Shown here piece by piece: positions 1 to 8,905 of a stretch of 52,909 nucleotides of DNA (the first letter of the stretch is position 1; each line of letters begins with the position of its first letter). Source of the DNA: Alphaproteobacteria bacterium. Lineage in GTDB: Bacteria; Pseudomonadota; Alphaproteobacteria; Sphingomonadales; Sphingomonadaceae. The notes beneath the pieces are model-generated. The model ran no database searches. It was not told the DNA's origin and saw only the letters and a list, made by a program, of their open reading frames with translations. The translations under genes were made by a program, and so were the position numbers. The stretch spans positions 1 through 52,909 of the forward strand of contig JAQGLF010000010.1 of assembly GCA_028293025.1 (NCBI GenBank), in the 5' to 3' direction.

Positions 1-381
1 CGCCGTGCCGCCCAGATAATGAAGAATTGCGAGATAATCGGGATCGGTCGAATCGAAATGCGGCACGCGTTGCGGCGACGAAAGCGCCTCGGGCGGCATC
101 GTGACCATCGAGAAGCTCGCCTCCAGCAGGTCGAATGTATCGACCTCGAAAGCCTCGGCGATGAGCGGCGCGGCCTGCTTGAGCGTGGCGACGACATAGG
201 CGTCGGCTGCTCCGTCCCCGCGACGGACGACGCGGCGCAGCCCCGGATAATAGTTGGCGCTGGGTGGAAAGGGCGCGAGCGAAGCCGCGATCCCGACGAT
301 CGCGGCCGGGTCGCCGCCGAAGCCGTCCACGACCATGACGGAATGCTCCCCCGCGCCGACGTGACGAAGCTCCGCACGCAC
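1..381 (-). CDS. DUF6445-family protein (2OG-Fe(II) oxygenase-like), runs off the left edge; not in the ORF track
   Basis: Manual translation of the minus strand gives VRAELRHVGAGEHSVMVVDGFGGDPAAIV...ANYYPGLRR...EASFSMVTMPPEALSSPQRVPHFDSTDPDYLAILHYLG. The YPGxR and QRxPHFD motifs are typical of DUF6445. The GTG start at 381 is uncertain. Confidence 0.75.
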   Translation of the reverse strand, partial: MRAELRHVGAGEHSVMVVDGFGGDPAAIVGIAASLAPFPPSANYYPGLRRVVRRGDGAADAYVVATLKQAAPLIAEAFEVDTFDLLEASFSMVTMPPEALSSPQRVPHFDSTDPDYLAILHYLGGTA

Positions 382-676
382 CGGCTTTATTCCGCCAGGG
401 CCCGGGCCGGCGCCGCGCCAGGCAGGCGCCGCCCGCGCAGCCGTTTGGACACATGCATCGACACCGCCTCCGCCATCGGTCGAGCTTAAGGTGCATCCGC
501 CGCGTTGGAAATATCCGACTCCATCAAAAGCGGCGGCCGGTCGGAACGAGCGCAGCGCACGAGCGGCGGAGAGGCTTCTTCAGTTCCGCCCGCCAGTGGC
601 GGGTGGGCACGAGGCCGGCTTCCATTGGCGCTGACAATCCGTTGATCGCCGGGCGGCGCGTCGGGTGCCCGCGGCT

Positions 677-1819
677 TCAGGAGGCCAGCGGAACGCCTGC
701 AATCCAGGTCTCGGCTACCTGCATGCCTTCGTCCAGGGCGACCAGGTCGGCGTCGTAGCCCTCGGCGATGCGCCCGAGCCGGCGATCGAGGCCGAGGAAC
801 GCTGCCGGCGTCCGGCTGGCCATGGCCAAAGCGGTTTCGAGGGGAAGGCCGAGCATCTCCGTCGCGTTGCGGACGGCGGTCGCCATGTCCAGGTCCGAGC
901 CGGCGAGGGTGCCGCTGTCGTCGACGCAGACGCCGTCGCGGACGCTGATCGTCCGTCCCTGCAGGCGGAACGACTTTTCCGGCTGTCCCACCGTCGGCAT
1001 CGCGTCGGTAACCAGCATCAGGCGGTCGTGCGGCCGGCAGCGAAGCGCGACTCGAAGCGTCGCCGGCGCCACGTGCCGCCCGTCGACGATGATGCCGCAC
1101 CAGGCGGTGTCGTTGTCGAGCGCGGCGCCGACGATCCCCGGCTCCCGCACCGTCAGCGGCGACATGGCGTTGAACAAATGGGTGAAGCCGGTCATCCCTT
1201 CGCCCAGCGCCCGCAACGCATCCTCATAGGTGCCGTTGGTATGGCCGGCCGAAACGATGACGCCGGCTTCCACCAGCCGCCGGACGGTGCCGGCCTTGGT
1301 CTTCTCGGGCGCGAGGGTGACCAAAGTCCGTCCCGATCTGAGGCCGGTCAAAGTGGCGAAGCCGGCTTCGTCGAGCGGCCGGATCTTGCCGGCATCGTGA
1401 ATGCCGCGGCGTTGCGGGTTGAGGAACGGCCCTTCGATGTGGATGCCGAGGACGCCCGGCACCCCTGAAGCGATCGCCCGCTCGACCGCGTCGACCGCTT
1501 CGGCCATGACCTTGACGTCGTCGCTGATCAGGGTGGGCAGGAAGCCGGTCGTGCCGAAGCGCCGGTGCGCCGCGCCGATCGTCGCGATCGCCTCGACCGA
1601 TGGCGCTTCGTTGAACAGGGCGCCGCCGCCGCCATTGACCTGCGTGTCGATGAAGCCCGGCGCCAGCAATTGCCCGTCGAGATCGTGGCGATCGAAGGCG
1701 GCGGGGATGTCGCCGGGCGCGACGATGGCGGCGATGCGGCCGTCCTCGACGAGCACGGCCCGCCCCTCGACGATGCCGTCGTCGAGCAGCACGCGGCCGT
1801 TGACCAGCGCCGTCCGCAT
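677..1819 (-). CDS. nagA: N-acetylglucosamine-6-phosphate deacetylase
   Basis: PGFIDTQVNG, HIEGPF, TLAPE, GHTN, THLFNAM, DGRH, LVTDAM and LAGS motifs. Start reassigned to ATG 1819 (MRTALVNG), overlapping the upstream stop. Confidence 0.95.
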   Translation of the reverse strand: MRTALVNGRVLLDDGIVEGRAVLVEDGRIAAIVAPGDIPAAFDRHDLDGQLLAPGFIDTQVNGGGGALFNEAPSVEAIATIGAAHRRFGTTGFLPTLISDDVKVMAEAVDAVERAIASGVPGVLGIHIEGPFLNPQRRGIHDAGKIRPLDEAGFATLTGLRSGRTLVTLAPEKTKAGTVRRLVEAGVIVSAGHTNGTYEDALRALGEGMTGFTHLFNAMSPLTVREPGIVGAALDNDTAWCGIIVDGRHVAPATLRVALRCRPHDRLMLVTDAMPTVGQPEKSFRLQGRTISVRDGVCVDDSGTLAGSDLDMATAVRNATEMLGLPLETALAMASRTPAAFLGLDRRLGRIAEGYDADLVALDEGMQVAETWIAGVPLAS

Positions 1820-2847
1820 CAGATCGTCTCGGTAACCTTGACGAGCCGCGGCGGCACGTCGGGATCCAGGCCCCGGCGCAGCGACAAAGCGTTCGCCGCG
1901 CGGTAGAAGCTCATTATCTGCAGCATCGGCTCGATCGCAGGATGGGCGGCGACCGACGGCAGCGGAATCGCCGAACCGGCGGTGCCGCCGGCGATGAAGA
2001 CGTCGCTGCCGCGCGCGGCGGCCTCGGCGGCGAACGCCTCCACGCCGTCGCTCGTTTCGTCCGACTGGCGGAAGATGAGCAATGGGAAATCGCGGCCGGC
2101 GAGCGCCATCGGCCCGTGACGGACCTCGGCGACGCTGAACGCTTCGGCATGGAGCCCGGTGATTTCCTTGAGCTTGAGCGCCGCTTCCGACGCGATGCCG
2201 AGGCCAAGGCCCCGGCCGAGCACGTAGAGTCCCTCGGCCTCGCAAAGGCGGTCCACCAGCGCGGACCAGTCGAGATGCCAAGCCCGTTCGAGCTGAGCGG
2301 ACGCCGCTTCGAGCGCCCGGATCAGATCCGCATCCCGGCTCCATATCGCGACCAGCTGGATGATGGCGGCGAGCGAGGCGATATAGGATTTGGTCGCCGC
2401 GACGCTGGTCTCGCAGCCCGCGCGGAGCGGCAGGACGTCGTCGGCGAGCGCGGCGAGAGGCGAGTCGAGGGCGTTGACCAGGGCCAGCGTCCGCGCCCCG
2501 GCCGCGGCTGCCGCCTCGACCAGCGCCAGCAGATCGGGGCTTTTGCCCGATTGGGAAATGGCGAGGCAGAGCATGTTCTCGAGATGCTGGGGCGCGGCAT
2601 AGACCGAGCTGACCGAAGGCGCTCCCGAAGCCACCACCGTTCCGGTGCGGGTCTCGATCAGATATTTGGCGAAGGTCGCCGCATGGTCGGAGCTGCCGCG
2701 GGCACAGGTGAGGATCGCGCTCGGCGGCCGCTCCCGCAGCCCTCCGGCGATCCGCTCGACGAGCATGCGGTTGGCGGCAATCTGCGCCGCGACCACCCGA
2801 GGCGCCTCGCCCGCCTCGGCGAACATGCGCGTCGTCCCGGGCTTCAT
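1819..2847 (-). CDS. nagB: SIS-domain glucosamine-6-phosphate deaminase (NagB-II / GlmS isomerase-like)
   Basis: ARGSSDHAA, ISQSGKSPDL, VAATKSY, EAALKLKE and HGP motifs, with C-terminal LVKVTET. Lies between the GntR regulator and nagA. Confidence 0.88.
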   Translation of the reverse strand: MKPGTTRMFAEAGEAPRVVAAQIAANRMLVERIAGGLRERPPSAILTCARGSSDHAATFAKYLIETRTGTVVASGAPSVSSVYAAPQHLENMLCLAISQSGKSPDLLALVEAAAAAGARTLALVNALDSPLAALADDVLPLRAGCETSVAATKSYIASLAAIIQLVAIWSRDADLIRALEAASAQLERAWHLDWSALVDRLCEAEGLYVLGRGLGLGIASEAALKLKEITGLHAEAFSVAEVRHGPMALAGRDFPLLIFRQSDETSDGVEAFAAEAAARGSDVFIAGGTAGSAIPLPSVAAHPAIEPMLQIMSFYRAANALSLRRGLDPDVPPRLVKVTETI

Positions 2848-3584
2848 GCCAGCGCGTTCAGCTCGGCGACGAAATCATAGGCGTCGCCGCGGTACCAGCT
2901 GTGCGTCATCTCGATCGCTCGGCCGTCTTCGGCGAAGCCGCGGCGCTCGATGAACAGGCCCGGGGCGCCCGGCGCGATGTCGAGAAGGGCCGCCTGCTCG
3001 GCGTCGAACAGCACCGCCCGCAACCGCTGAAGCGCGCGCACCGGACGATTCCGGGCGGCGTCGAGCGCGGCGTAGAGGGACGCCTCGACGACGTCGAGGC
3101 TGGGGAGGCCGAAGCCCGGAATGGTCGAATATTCGAGCGCCATCGGCATCTCGTCGGCGTAGCGGATGCGCGCGAAGCGATAGACCCGGCTGCCCGGGCT
3201 GAGGCCGAGAGTCAGCGATTCGTCCGGAGTCACCGGCCCTTCGCTGCGGGCGAGCCAGCGGCTGCGCGCGACGCGGCCGCGGGTCGCCATATCCTCGGTG
3301 AACGAGGTCAGCTTCGAGAATTGCTTCTCGACCCGGTCGGCGACGAAGGTGCCGGCGCCCTGGCGCCGCGTCAGCAGGCCTTCGCCGACGAGCCCGTCGA
3401 GCGCCTTACGGACGGTGATTCGGGAGATACCGAAGTCGGTGGCGAGATCGCGCTCCGGCGGCAGCGCGTCCTGGGGCTTGAGCAGCCGCGATTCGATCGC
3501 GTCCCGCAGCACCTCCTGCAGCTTCTGATAGAGCGGGGCGCGGCCCTGCCCCCTCAAAGGTCCGATCTGCTCGGCCAAGCTCAT
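2844..3584 (-). CDS. nagQ: GntR/HutC-family regulator with UTRA domain (NagQ-type)
   Basis: PLYQKLQ...LPPERDLA...ISRITVRKAL...QGAGTFV winged HTH, then SFTEDM and YRGDAY UTRA motifs. First gene of the nag operon; ATG at 3584. Confidence 0.85.
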   Translation of the reverse strand: MSLAEQIGPLRGQGRAPLYQKLQEVLRDAIESRLLKPQDALPPERDLATDFGISRITVRKALDGLVGEGLLTRRQGAGTFVADRVEKQFSKLTSFTEDMATRGRVARSRWLARSEGPVTPDESLTLGLSPGSRVYRFARIRYADEMPMALEYSTIPGFGLPSLDVVEASLYAALDAARNRPVRALQRLRAVLFDAEQAALLDIAPGAPGLFIERRGFAEDGRAIEMTHSWYRGDAYDFVAELNALA

Positions 3585-3630
3585 CTTTTCCCTACGTCCT
3601 TCATCCAGGGGCGTTTCATTCGCGACATAG

Positions 3631-3769
3631 GACCAATCAGATACCATTGGCCAGCGAAATTTGCCGGGATCGTTGCGTTTCAGAAAGAATCCCCCTTGAC
3701 GGCGCGATTGGTCTGGCAGATGGTCTGTGTATTGGCACGGGATTGGTAACACAATTGGTATGATATAAT
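3631..3769. promoter_or_regulatory. Divergent promoter region with tandem (A)TTGGT boxes, probable NagQ operators
   Basis: TGGY cores start at 3709, 3721, 3733, 3744 and 3756 (spacing 12,12,11,12), with reverse copies (ACCA) at 3632 and 3643. TTGACG at 3696 and TATAAT at 3764. Confidence 0.7.
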
Positions 3770-3793
3770 CATGCCAGCGATAGGGGACCCGAC

Positions 3794-6505
3794 ATGACCA
3801 TCCAGAAATTCCTCACCGGCTCGGCCGTCGCTCTGGCCCTGGCCGCCTCGGCGACGTCCGCCCGCGCGGCGGATCCGGCACCCGCGGCCGGTGCGCCGCC
3901 GGCGGATGCCTCCCAGACGGCTTCGGGCAATGGCGAAGAGATCGTGGTCACCGGCATCCGCGCGGCGCAGCGCAATTCGCTCGATGCGAAGCGCCGCTCG
4001 GACGTCGTTGCCGACATCGTCTCGGCCGAGGATATCGGCAAGTTCCCGGACAAGAACGTCGCCGAAGCCCTCCAGCGCGTGCCCGGCATCGTCGTCAACC
4101 GCGAGTTCGGCGAGGGCGAGAAGGTCTCGCTTCGCGGCACCGCGCCGAACCTCACGCGCACTTTGGTCAACGGTCATGACATCGCGACGGCGGACTGGTT
4201 CGTCCTCGAGCAGCTTTCGGCCACCCGCAGCTTCAACTACCTCACTTTGCCCGCGGAGATCGTCGGCCAGCTCGACGTCTACAAGAGCCCGGAGGCGGAC
4301 ATCGAGGAAGGCGGCGTCGGCGGCCTCATCAACGTCCACACCCGCGATCCGCTGGACCTGCCCCATTTCACCTTCTCGGCTTCGCTCCAAGGCGTCTATT
4401 CGGACCGCTCGGGCAAGGTCGACCCGCAGGCTTCGGGCCTGATCAGCTGGAAGAATGCGAGCGAGACGTTCGGCATCCTGATCGGCGCGGCTTACCAGCG
4501 GCGCGAGATCCGGCGCGACGGCGTCGAGGTGCTCGGCTACCAGCCGTTCACCGCGGGCGGAGTCACCGCCGACGTGCCGTCGCTGATCGGCTCGGCTTTG
4601 TTCCAGCAGGACCGGGTCCGCTACGGCGGCAATATCGGCATCCAGCTGCGGCCGTCCGACCGCTTCGAGGTCAACGTCACCGGCCTCTACTCTCGGTTCA
4701 ACGCCGACAATTACAACCAGAACTACCTTGCCTGGACCTCCAACGCGCTCGGCGGCGGCGGCACGCTGACCAATGCGACCGCGACCAACGGCACCTTCCT
4801 CAAGGGCACGGTGACCTCGACTCCCGGCGGGCGCGCGGTCGTGTTCGACGCGATCGACCGCAAGGCCTTTTCCGAGATCTGGTCGGGCGATTTCGACATG
4901 AAATGGCATGTCGGCGACCGGGCGCTCCTCCATTTCAAGGCCGGTTACACCGAAGCCCATGGCGATACGACGGCGCAGCCTTTCTACGAGGGCGGCGCGC
5001 CGGGCGCCTTCACCTACGATCTCACCGGGCGCGTTCCGGCGGTGCATTTCACCGGCGTCGATCCGACCAATCCCAACGCGCTCGCCTTCGATTTCGCGTC
5101 GCTCCACCACATCACCAACACCGACCGCGAGAAATATGCCTATCTCGATTTCGAGCAGCCGCTCTCGCTCGGCCCGATCCATGCGATCAAGATCGGCGCC
5201 AAGTTCACCGATCACGATCGCATCTCGCAATTCCTCGCCACCACCTTCGGGGCCTTCTTCCTGACCGTGGCGGGACCGAGCGGCTGCGGCACCCATGCCT
5301 GCACCTCCGCCGATTTCGCCGACGGGCCGACGCCGGGCGATTTCCTGCAGAACATCGCCGTGCCGGGCACGCTCACCAACTATTTCCAGGTCGATCGCAA
5401 CAAGCTGGAACAGATCCTGTTCAACCAGCCGGCCAATGCGCTCGCCCGGATCATCAGCCCGCCCGACAATTTCACGATCAACGAGAAGACCTATGGCGGC
5501 TATGCGATGCTGAAGTTCGGCGGCGACGATTGGGGCGGCAATGCCGGCGTCCGCGTCGTCCGCGCCGACCAGCGCTCCACCGGCAACATCCTCGGCGTGC
5601 CGATCGGACCGGGAACGGTCAACAACAATGCGTTCGGCGTCTATCTGCCGGTCGAGGTCAAGCGCTCCTATACCGACATTCTGCCCAGCGCGAACCTGCG
5701 GTTCAACCTGTCGCCGAAGGTCGTGCTCCGCTTCGCGGCGGCGCGCGTCGTCGCCCGCGCCGACTATACGGACATCGTGCCGCGCGTCAGCCTCAACCCG
5801 GGTTCGCTCACCGGCAATGGCGGCGATCCGAACGTCAATCCGTTCCGCGCCAACCAATATGACATGTCGCTCGAATGGTATCCGGATCGCGACACGATCG
5901 TCGCCGTCGCGCTCTACTACAAGGACATCCAGTCCTACATCGTCAACACGACCCGGCAGGAGATTTTCCCGATCGAGACCAGCACGCCGAACCTCTCGCG
6001 CTGCACCAAGGCGGCGGGCGCGAACCCGGTGCTGTTCAACTGCCTCTTCGACATCAACCGCCGCTCCAACGGCCCCGGCGGCCGCAATCAGGGTTTCGAA
6101 ATCCAGGTCTCCCGGCCGCTCTGGGCCGGCTTCGGAGTGATCGCGAACTACACTTATTCGGACGCCAAGGCGAACCTCGGGGGCGCCCCGATCCCGGGCA
6201 ATTCGAAGCATTCGCTCAACCTCACCGGCTATTACGAGCGCGGGCCGCTGTCCGCCCGGCTCTCCTACAATTACCGGTCGGCCTTCTTCATCGACATCGA
6301 CCGGGCGACGGCGCTGAACCAGGGCAAGACCCAATCGCTCGACGCCTCGTTGAGCTTCAAGGTCACCGACAATATCTCGCTGACCGCAGACGCGGTGAAC
6401 CTCACCAACGACAAGATCTTCCAATATGCGGGGACGCAGGACCGGTTCCGGGCGCTCTACGACAATGGCCGCCAATTCTATTTGGGCGTGCGCGTGAGGA
6501 TGTAA
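3794..6505 (+). CDS. TonB-dependent receptor (probable chito-oligosaccharide/GlcNAc uptake)
   Basis: Signal peptide, TonB box EEIVVTGIR, plug motif DIGKFPDKNVAEALQRVPG and C-terminal NGRQFYLGVRVRM. Substrate inferred from the nag context. Confidence 0.93.
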   Translation: MTIQKFLTGSAVALALAASATSARAADPAPAAGAPPADASQTASGNGEEIVVTGIRAAQRNSLDAKRRSDVVADIVSAEDIGKFPDKNVAEALQRVPGIVVNREFGEGEKVSLRGTAPNLTRTLVNGHDIATADWFVLEQLSATRSFNYLTLPAEIVGQLDVYKSPEADIEEGGVGGLINVHTRDPLDLPHFTFSASLQGVYSDRSGKVDPQASGLISWKNASETFGILIGAAYQRREIRRDGVEVLGYQPFTAGGVTADVPSLIGSALFQQDRVRYGGNIGIQLRPSDRFEVNVTGLYSRFNADNYNQNYLAWTSNALGGGGTLTNATATNGTFLKGTVTSTPGGRAVVFDAIDRKAFSEIWSGDFDMKWHVGDRALLHFKAGYTEAHGDTTAQPFYEGGAPGAFTYDLTGRVPAVHFTGVDPTNPNALAFDFASLHHITNTDREKYAYLDFEQPLSLGPIHAIKIGAKFTDHDRISQFLATTFGAFFLTVAGPSGCGTHACTSADFADGPTPGDFLQNIAVPGTLTNYFQVDRNKLEQILFNQPANALARIISPPDNFTINEKTYGGYAMLKFGGDDWGGNAGVRVVRADQRSTGNILGVPIGPGTVNNNAFGVYLPVEVKRSYTDILPSANLRFNLSPKVVLRFAAARVVARADYTDIVPRVSLNPGSLTGNGGDPNVNPFRANQYDMSLEWYPDRDTIVAVALYYKDIQSYIVNTTRQEIFPIETSTPNLSRCTKAAGANPVLFNCLFDINRRSNGPGGRNQGFEIQVSRPLWAGFGVIANYTYSDAKANLGGAPIPGNSKHSLNLTGYYERGPLSARLSYNYRSAFFIDIDRATALNQGKTQSLDASLSFKVTDNISLTADAVNLTNDKIFQYAGTQDRFRALYDNGRQFYLGVRVRM

Positions 6506-6610
6506 TCGCAGCGGACGCGCCGGGGGGTGCGGCTCGACGGCCCGTCCCCGCGCGAATGTGATGGACCTGCGCCGCAGCCTTATGCATCTTCGACCCGAGA
6601 GGCAGGAGGA

Positions 6611-8905
6611 ATGATGTTCCGGCTGGCGGCTTTCGCCCTGACGCTGCTGGCGCTGGCCGGAGGGATGGAAAAGGCCAAGGCACAGCCAGGCGCCGCGCCG
6701 GCGCCGCCTCCCGCTTTGGCCGTGCTTCCCCGGCCGGTTTCCGTCGCCGCCGGCGCGGGCAGTTTCCAGTTGCGGTCCGGCGGCGCGATCGTCGTCGCGC
6801 CCGGGGACCAAGGCGCAAGGCGCGCCGCCCAACGCCTTGCCGACCTGCTGCTGCGCACGCGCGGGCTGCGGCTGGCGATCCGGACGGGCAAGCGGGGCGG
6901 CGCCATCGGTTTCGCGCGCATCCCCGGTCTTCCCGCCGAGGGCTACCGCCTCACCGTGACGCCGCGGGGCACGACGATCGCCGCGAGCGACGATGCTGGC
7001 CTCTTCTACGGCGGCATCACCCTCTGGCAGCTCGCCACCGCCGGCGGCGAGAACCGCATCCCGGCCACGGCCATCGAAGACGCGCCGCGCTTCGCCTGGC
7101 GCGGCCTGATGCTCGACAGCGCCCGCCATTTTCAGTCGCCGGCCTTCATCCGCCGGCTGATCGACTGGATGGCGGCGAGCAAGCTCAACCGGCTCCACTG
7201 GCATCTGGTCGACGACCAGGGCTGGCGGCTGCAGATCCGCAAATATCCGCGCCTGACCGCCATCGGCGCCTGGCGCGTGCCCGCCTCCGCGCCCGGCGCG
7301 CCGCCTTTGTCCCGCGAAGGGGGTTTCTACAGCCAGGCCGAAGTACGGGCGATCGTCGCCTACGCCGCCGCGCGGCACGTCACCATCGTCCCCGAAATCG
7401 AAATGCCGGGCCACGCCTTGTCGGCGATCCGGGCCTACCCCCGGCTGGGCATGGGGGTGCCGATTCCCCCCGGCATCGAATCGGACTGGGGTATCTTTCC
7501 CTGGCTCTACAATGTCGACGAACCCACGATCGGCTTCCTCGACGACGTGCTCGACGAGGTCATGGCCCTGTTCCCGTCGACCTACATCCATGTCGGCGGC
7601 GACGAAGCGGTCAAGGACCAGTGGAAGGCCGATCCCGCCGTCCAGGCGAAGATCCGCGCGCTCGGCCTCAAGGACGAGAATGCGCTGCAGGGATGGCTGG
7701 TCAAGAGGATCGAGGAGCATCTGGCGGCGCACGGGCGACGGCTGATCGGCTGGGACGAGATATTGGAAGGCGGCGTCGCACCCTCCGCCGCGGTGATGTC
7801 GTGGCGCGGCATCAGCGGCGCGATCGCGGCGGCACAGGGCGGGCACGACACGGTGTTGTCGCCGGCGCCGATCCTCTATTTCGACAATATCCAGAGCCCC
7901 GGCGGGGAAGGCCAGCCGGGCCGCGGGAGCGTCGTCAGCCTCGGCGACGTATATGCCTTCGATCCCGCCCCGGCGACGCTCACGGTCGATCAGCAGCGCC
8001 ACATCCTCGGCCTGCAGGGCAATCTCTGGACCGAGCATGTCCGGGGCGATGCGCGCGCCGCCTTCATGGCCTTTCCCCGCGCGCTGGCGGTGGCGGAGCT
8101 GGGCTGGTCCCCCGCCACGCCTCGCGACTTTCTGGACTTCGCCGACCGCGTGGCGGACCAGCTCGACCGGCTCGCGAAGCTCGGCCTCGGCGCCTCCACC
8201 GCAGCGTTCGCGCCGATTGCCGCCGAAAGCTTCGATACGAAATCGGGGCTCGTCACGATCAAGCTTGCGAACCAGATTGGTTCTGAAATGCGCTATACGC
8301 TGGACGGTACCATGCCGGGCGCCACCGCCGCTCTCTATACGGCGCCATTGTCGTTCGTCGTACCTGCGCGACTCCGGGCGCGCGGATTTCGGGGCGGCCA
8401 TGCGCTGCCCGGCGGTTTCGACCGCATTTACGATCCGGCGAGCGTCAGGCGGCGCGGCAACGCGGAGCTGAGGACCTGCGCCGCCCGGCTAAACCTCGCT
8501 TTGGAGGACGATGCCCCCGCGCAGGGGCGCCGCGCCGTGTTCCTGACCGACATCGTCAATCCGTGCTGGATCTACGAGAAGGCGCCGATGGACGGAATCG
8601 CCTCGATCGCCGTCGACGTCGGCCAGCTGCCCTTCAACTTCCAGATCGGCCACGATCGCGACCATATCGTCTTCACGCCGCCGCGTACCGCCGAGGGAGA
8701 AATGGAGGTGCGAGCCGATACGTGCACCGGAGAGCCGATCGCGGTCCTGCCGCTGGCGCCGGCAGCGCACAACCCGGGCGTCACCACCTTGCGTGCGACC
8801 ATCCGTCCGCTGAGCGGCGCGCACGATCTGTGCTTCACCTACACGGCGCGTGGGCCCGATCCGCTCTGGGCGGTCGCAGCCGTTCAGCTCGAGGCGCCGC
8901 GATGA
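6611..8905 (+). CDS. GH20 beta-N-acetylhexosaminidase with C-terminal Fn3-associated/CBM-like domains
   Basis: Signal peptide after AGGAGG RBS. DAPRFAWRGLMLDSARHF, HWHLVDDQGWR, PEIEMPGH, catalytic HVGGDEA and LWTEH motifs. Confidence 0.93.
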   Translation: MMFRLAAFALTLLALAGGMEKAKAQPGAAPAPPPALAVLPRPVSVAAGAGSFQLRSGGAIVVAPGDQGARRAAQRLADLLLRTRGLRLAIRTGKRGGAIGFARIPGLPAEGYRLTVTPRGTTIAASDDAGLFYGGITLWQLATAGGENRIPATAIEDAPRFAWRGLMLDSARHFQSPAFIRRLIDWMAASKLNRLHWHLVDDQGWRLQIRKYPRLTAIGAWRVPASAPGAPPLSREGGFYSQAEVRAIVAYAAARHVTIVPEIEMPGHALSAIRAYPRLGMGVPIPPGIESDWGIFPWLYNVDEPTIGFLDDVLDEVMALFPSTYIHVGGDEAVKDQWKADPAVQAKIRALGLKDENALQGWLVKRIEEHLAAHGRRLIGWDEILEGGVAPSAAVMSWRGISGAIAAAQGGHDTVLSPAPILYFDNIQSPGGEGQPGRGSVVSLGDVYAFDPAPATLTVDQQRHILGLQGNLWTEHVRGDARAAFMAFPRALAVAELGWSPATPRDFLDFADRVADQLDRLAKLGLGASTAAFAPIAAESFDTKSGLVTIKLANQIGSEMRYTLDGTMPGATAALYTAPLSFVVPARLRARGFRGGHALPGGFDRIYDPASVRRRGNAELRTCAARLNLALEDDAPAQGRRAVFLTDIVNPCWIYEKAPMDGIASIAVDVGQLPFNFQIGHDRDHIVFTPPRTAEGEMEVRADTCTGEPIAVLPLAPAAHNPGVTTLRATIRPLSGAHDLCFTYTARGPDPLWAVAAVQLEAPR

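Noticed and set aside
3680-8401. 1573-aa minus-strand ORF, and similar long antisense ORFs (e.g. 13275-14927, 17394-19013, 41693-43738, 44213-46405)
   Set aside because: Shadow ORFs opposite well-supported genes in high-GC DNA; Arg-rich with no motifs.
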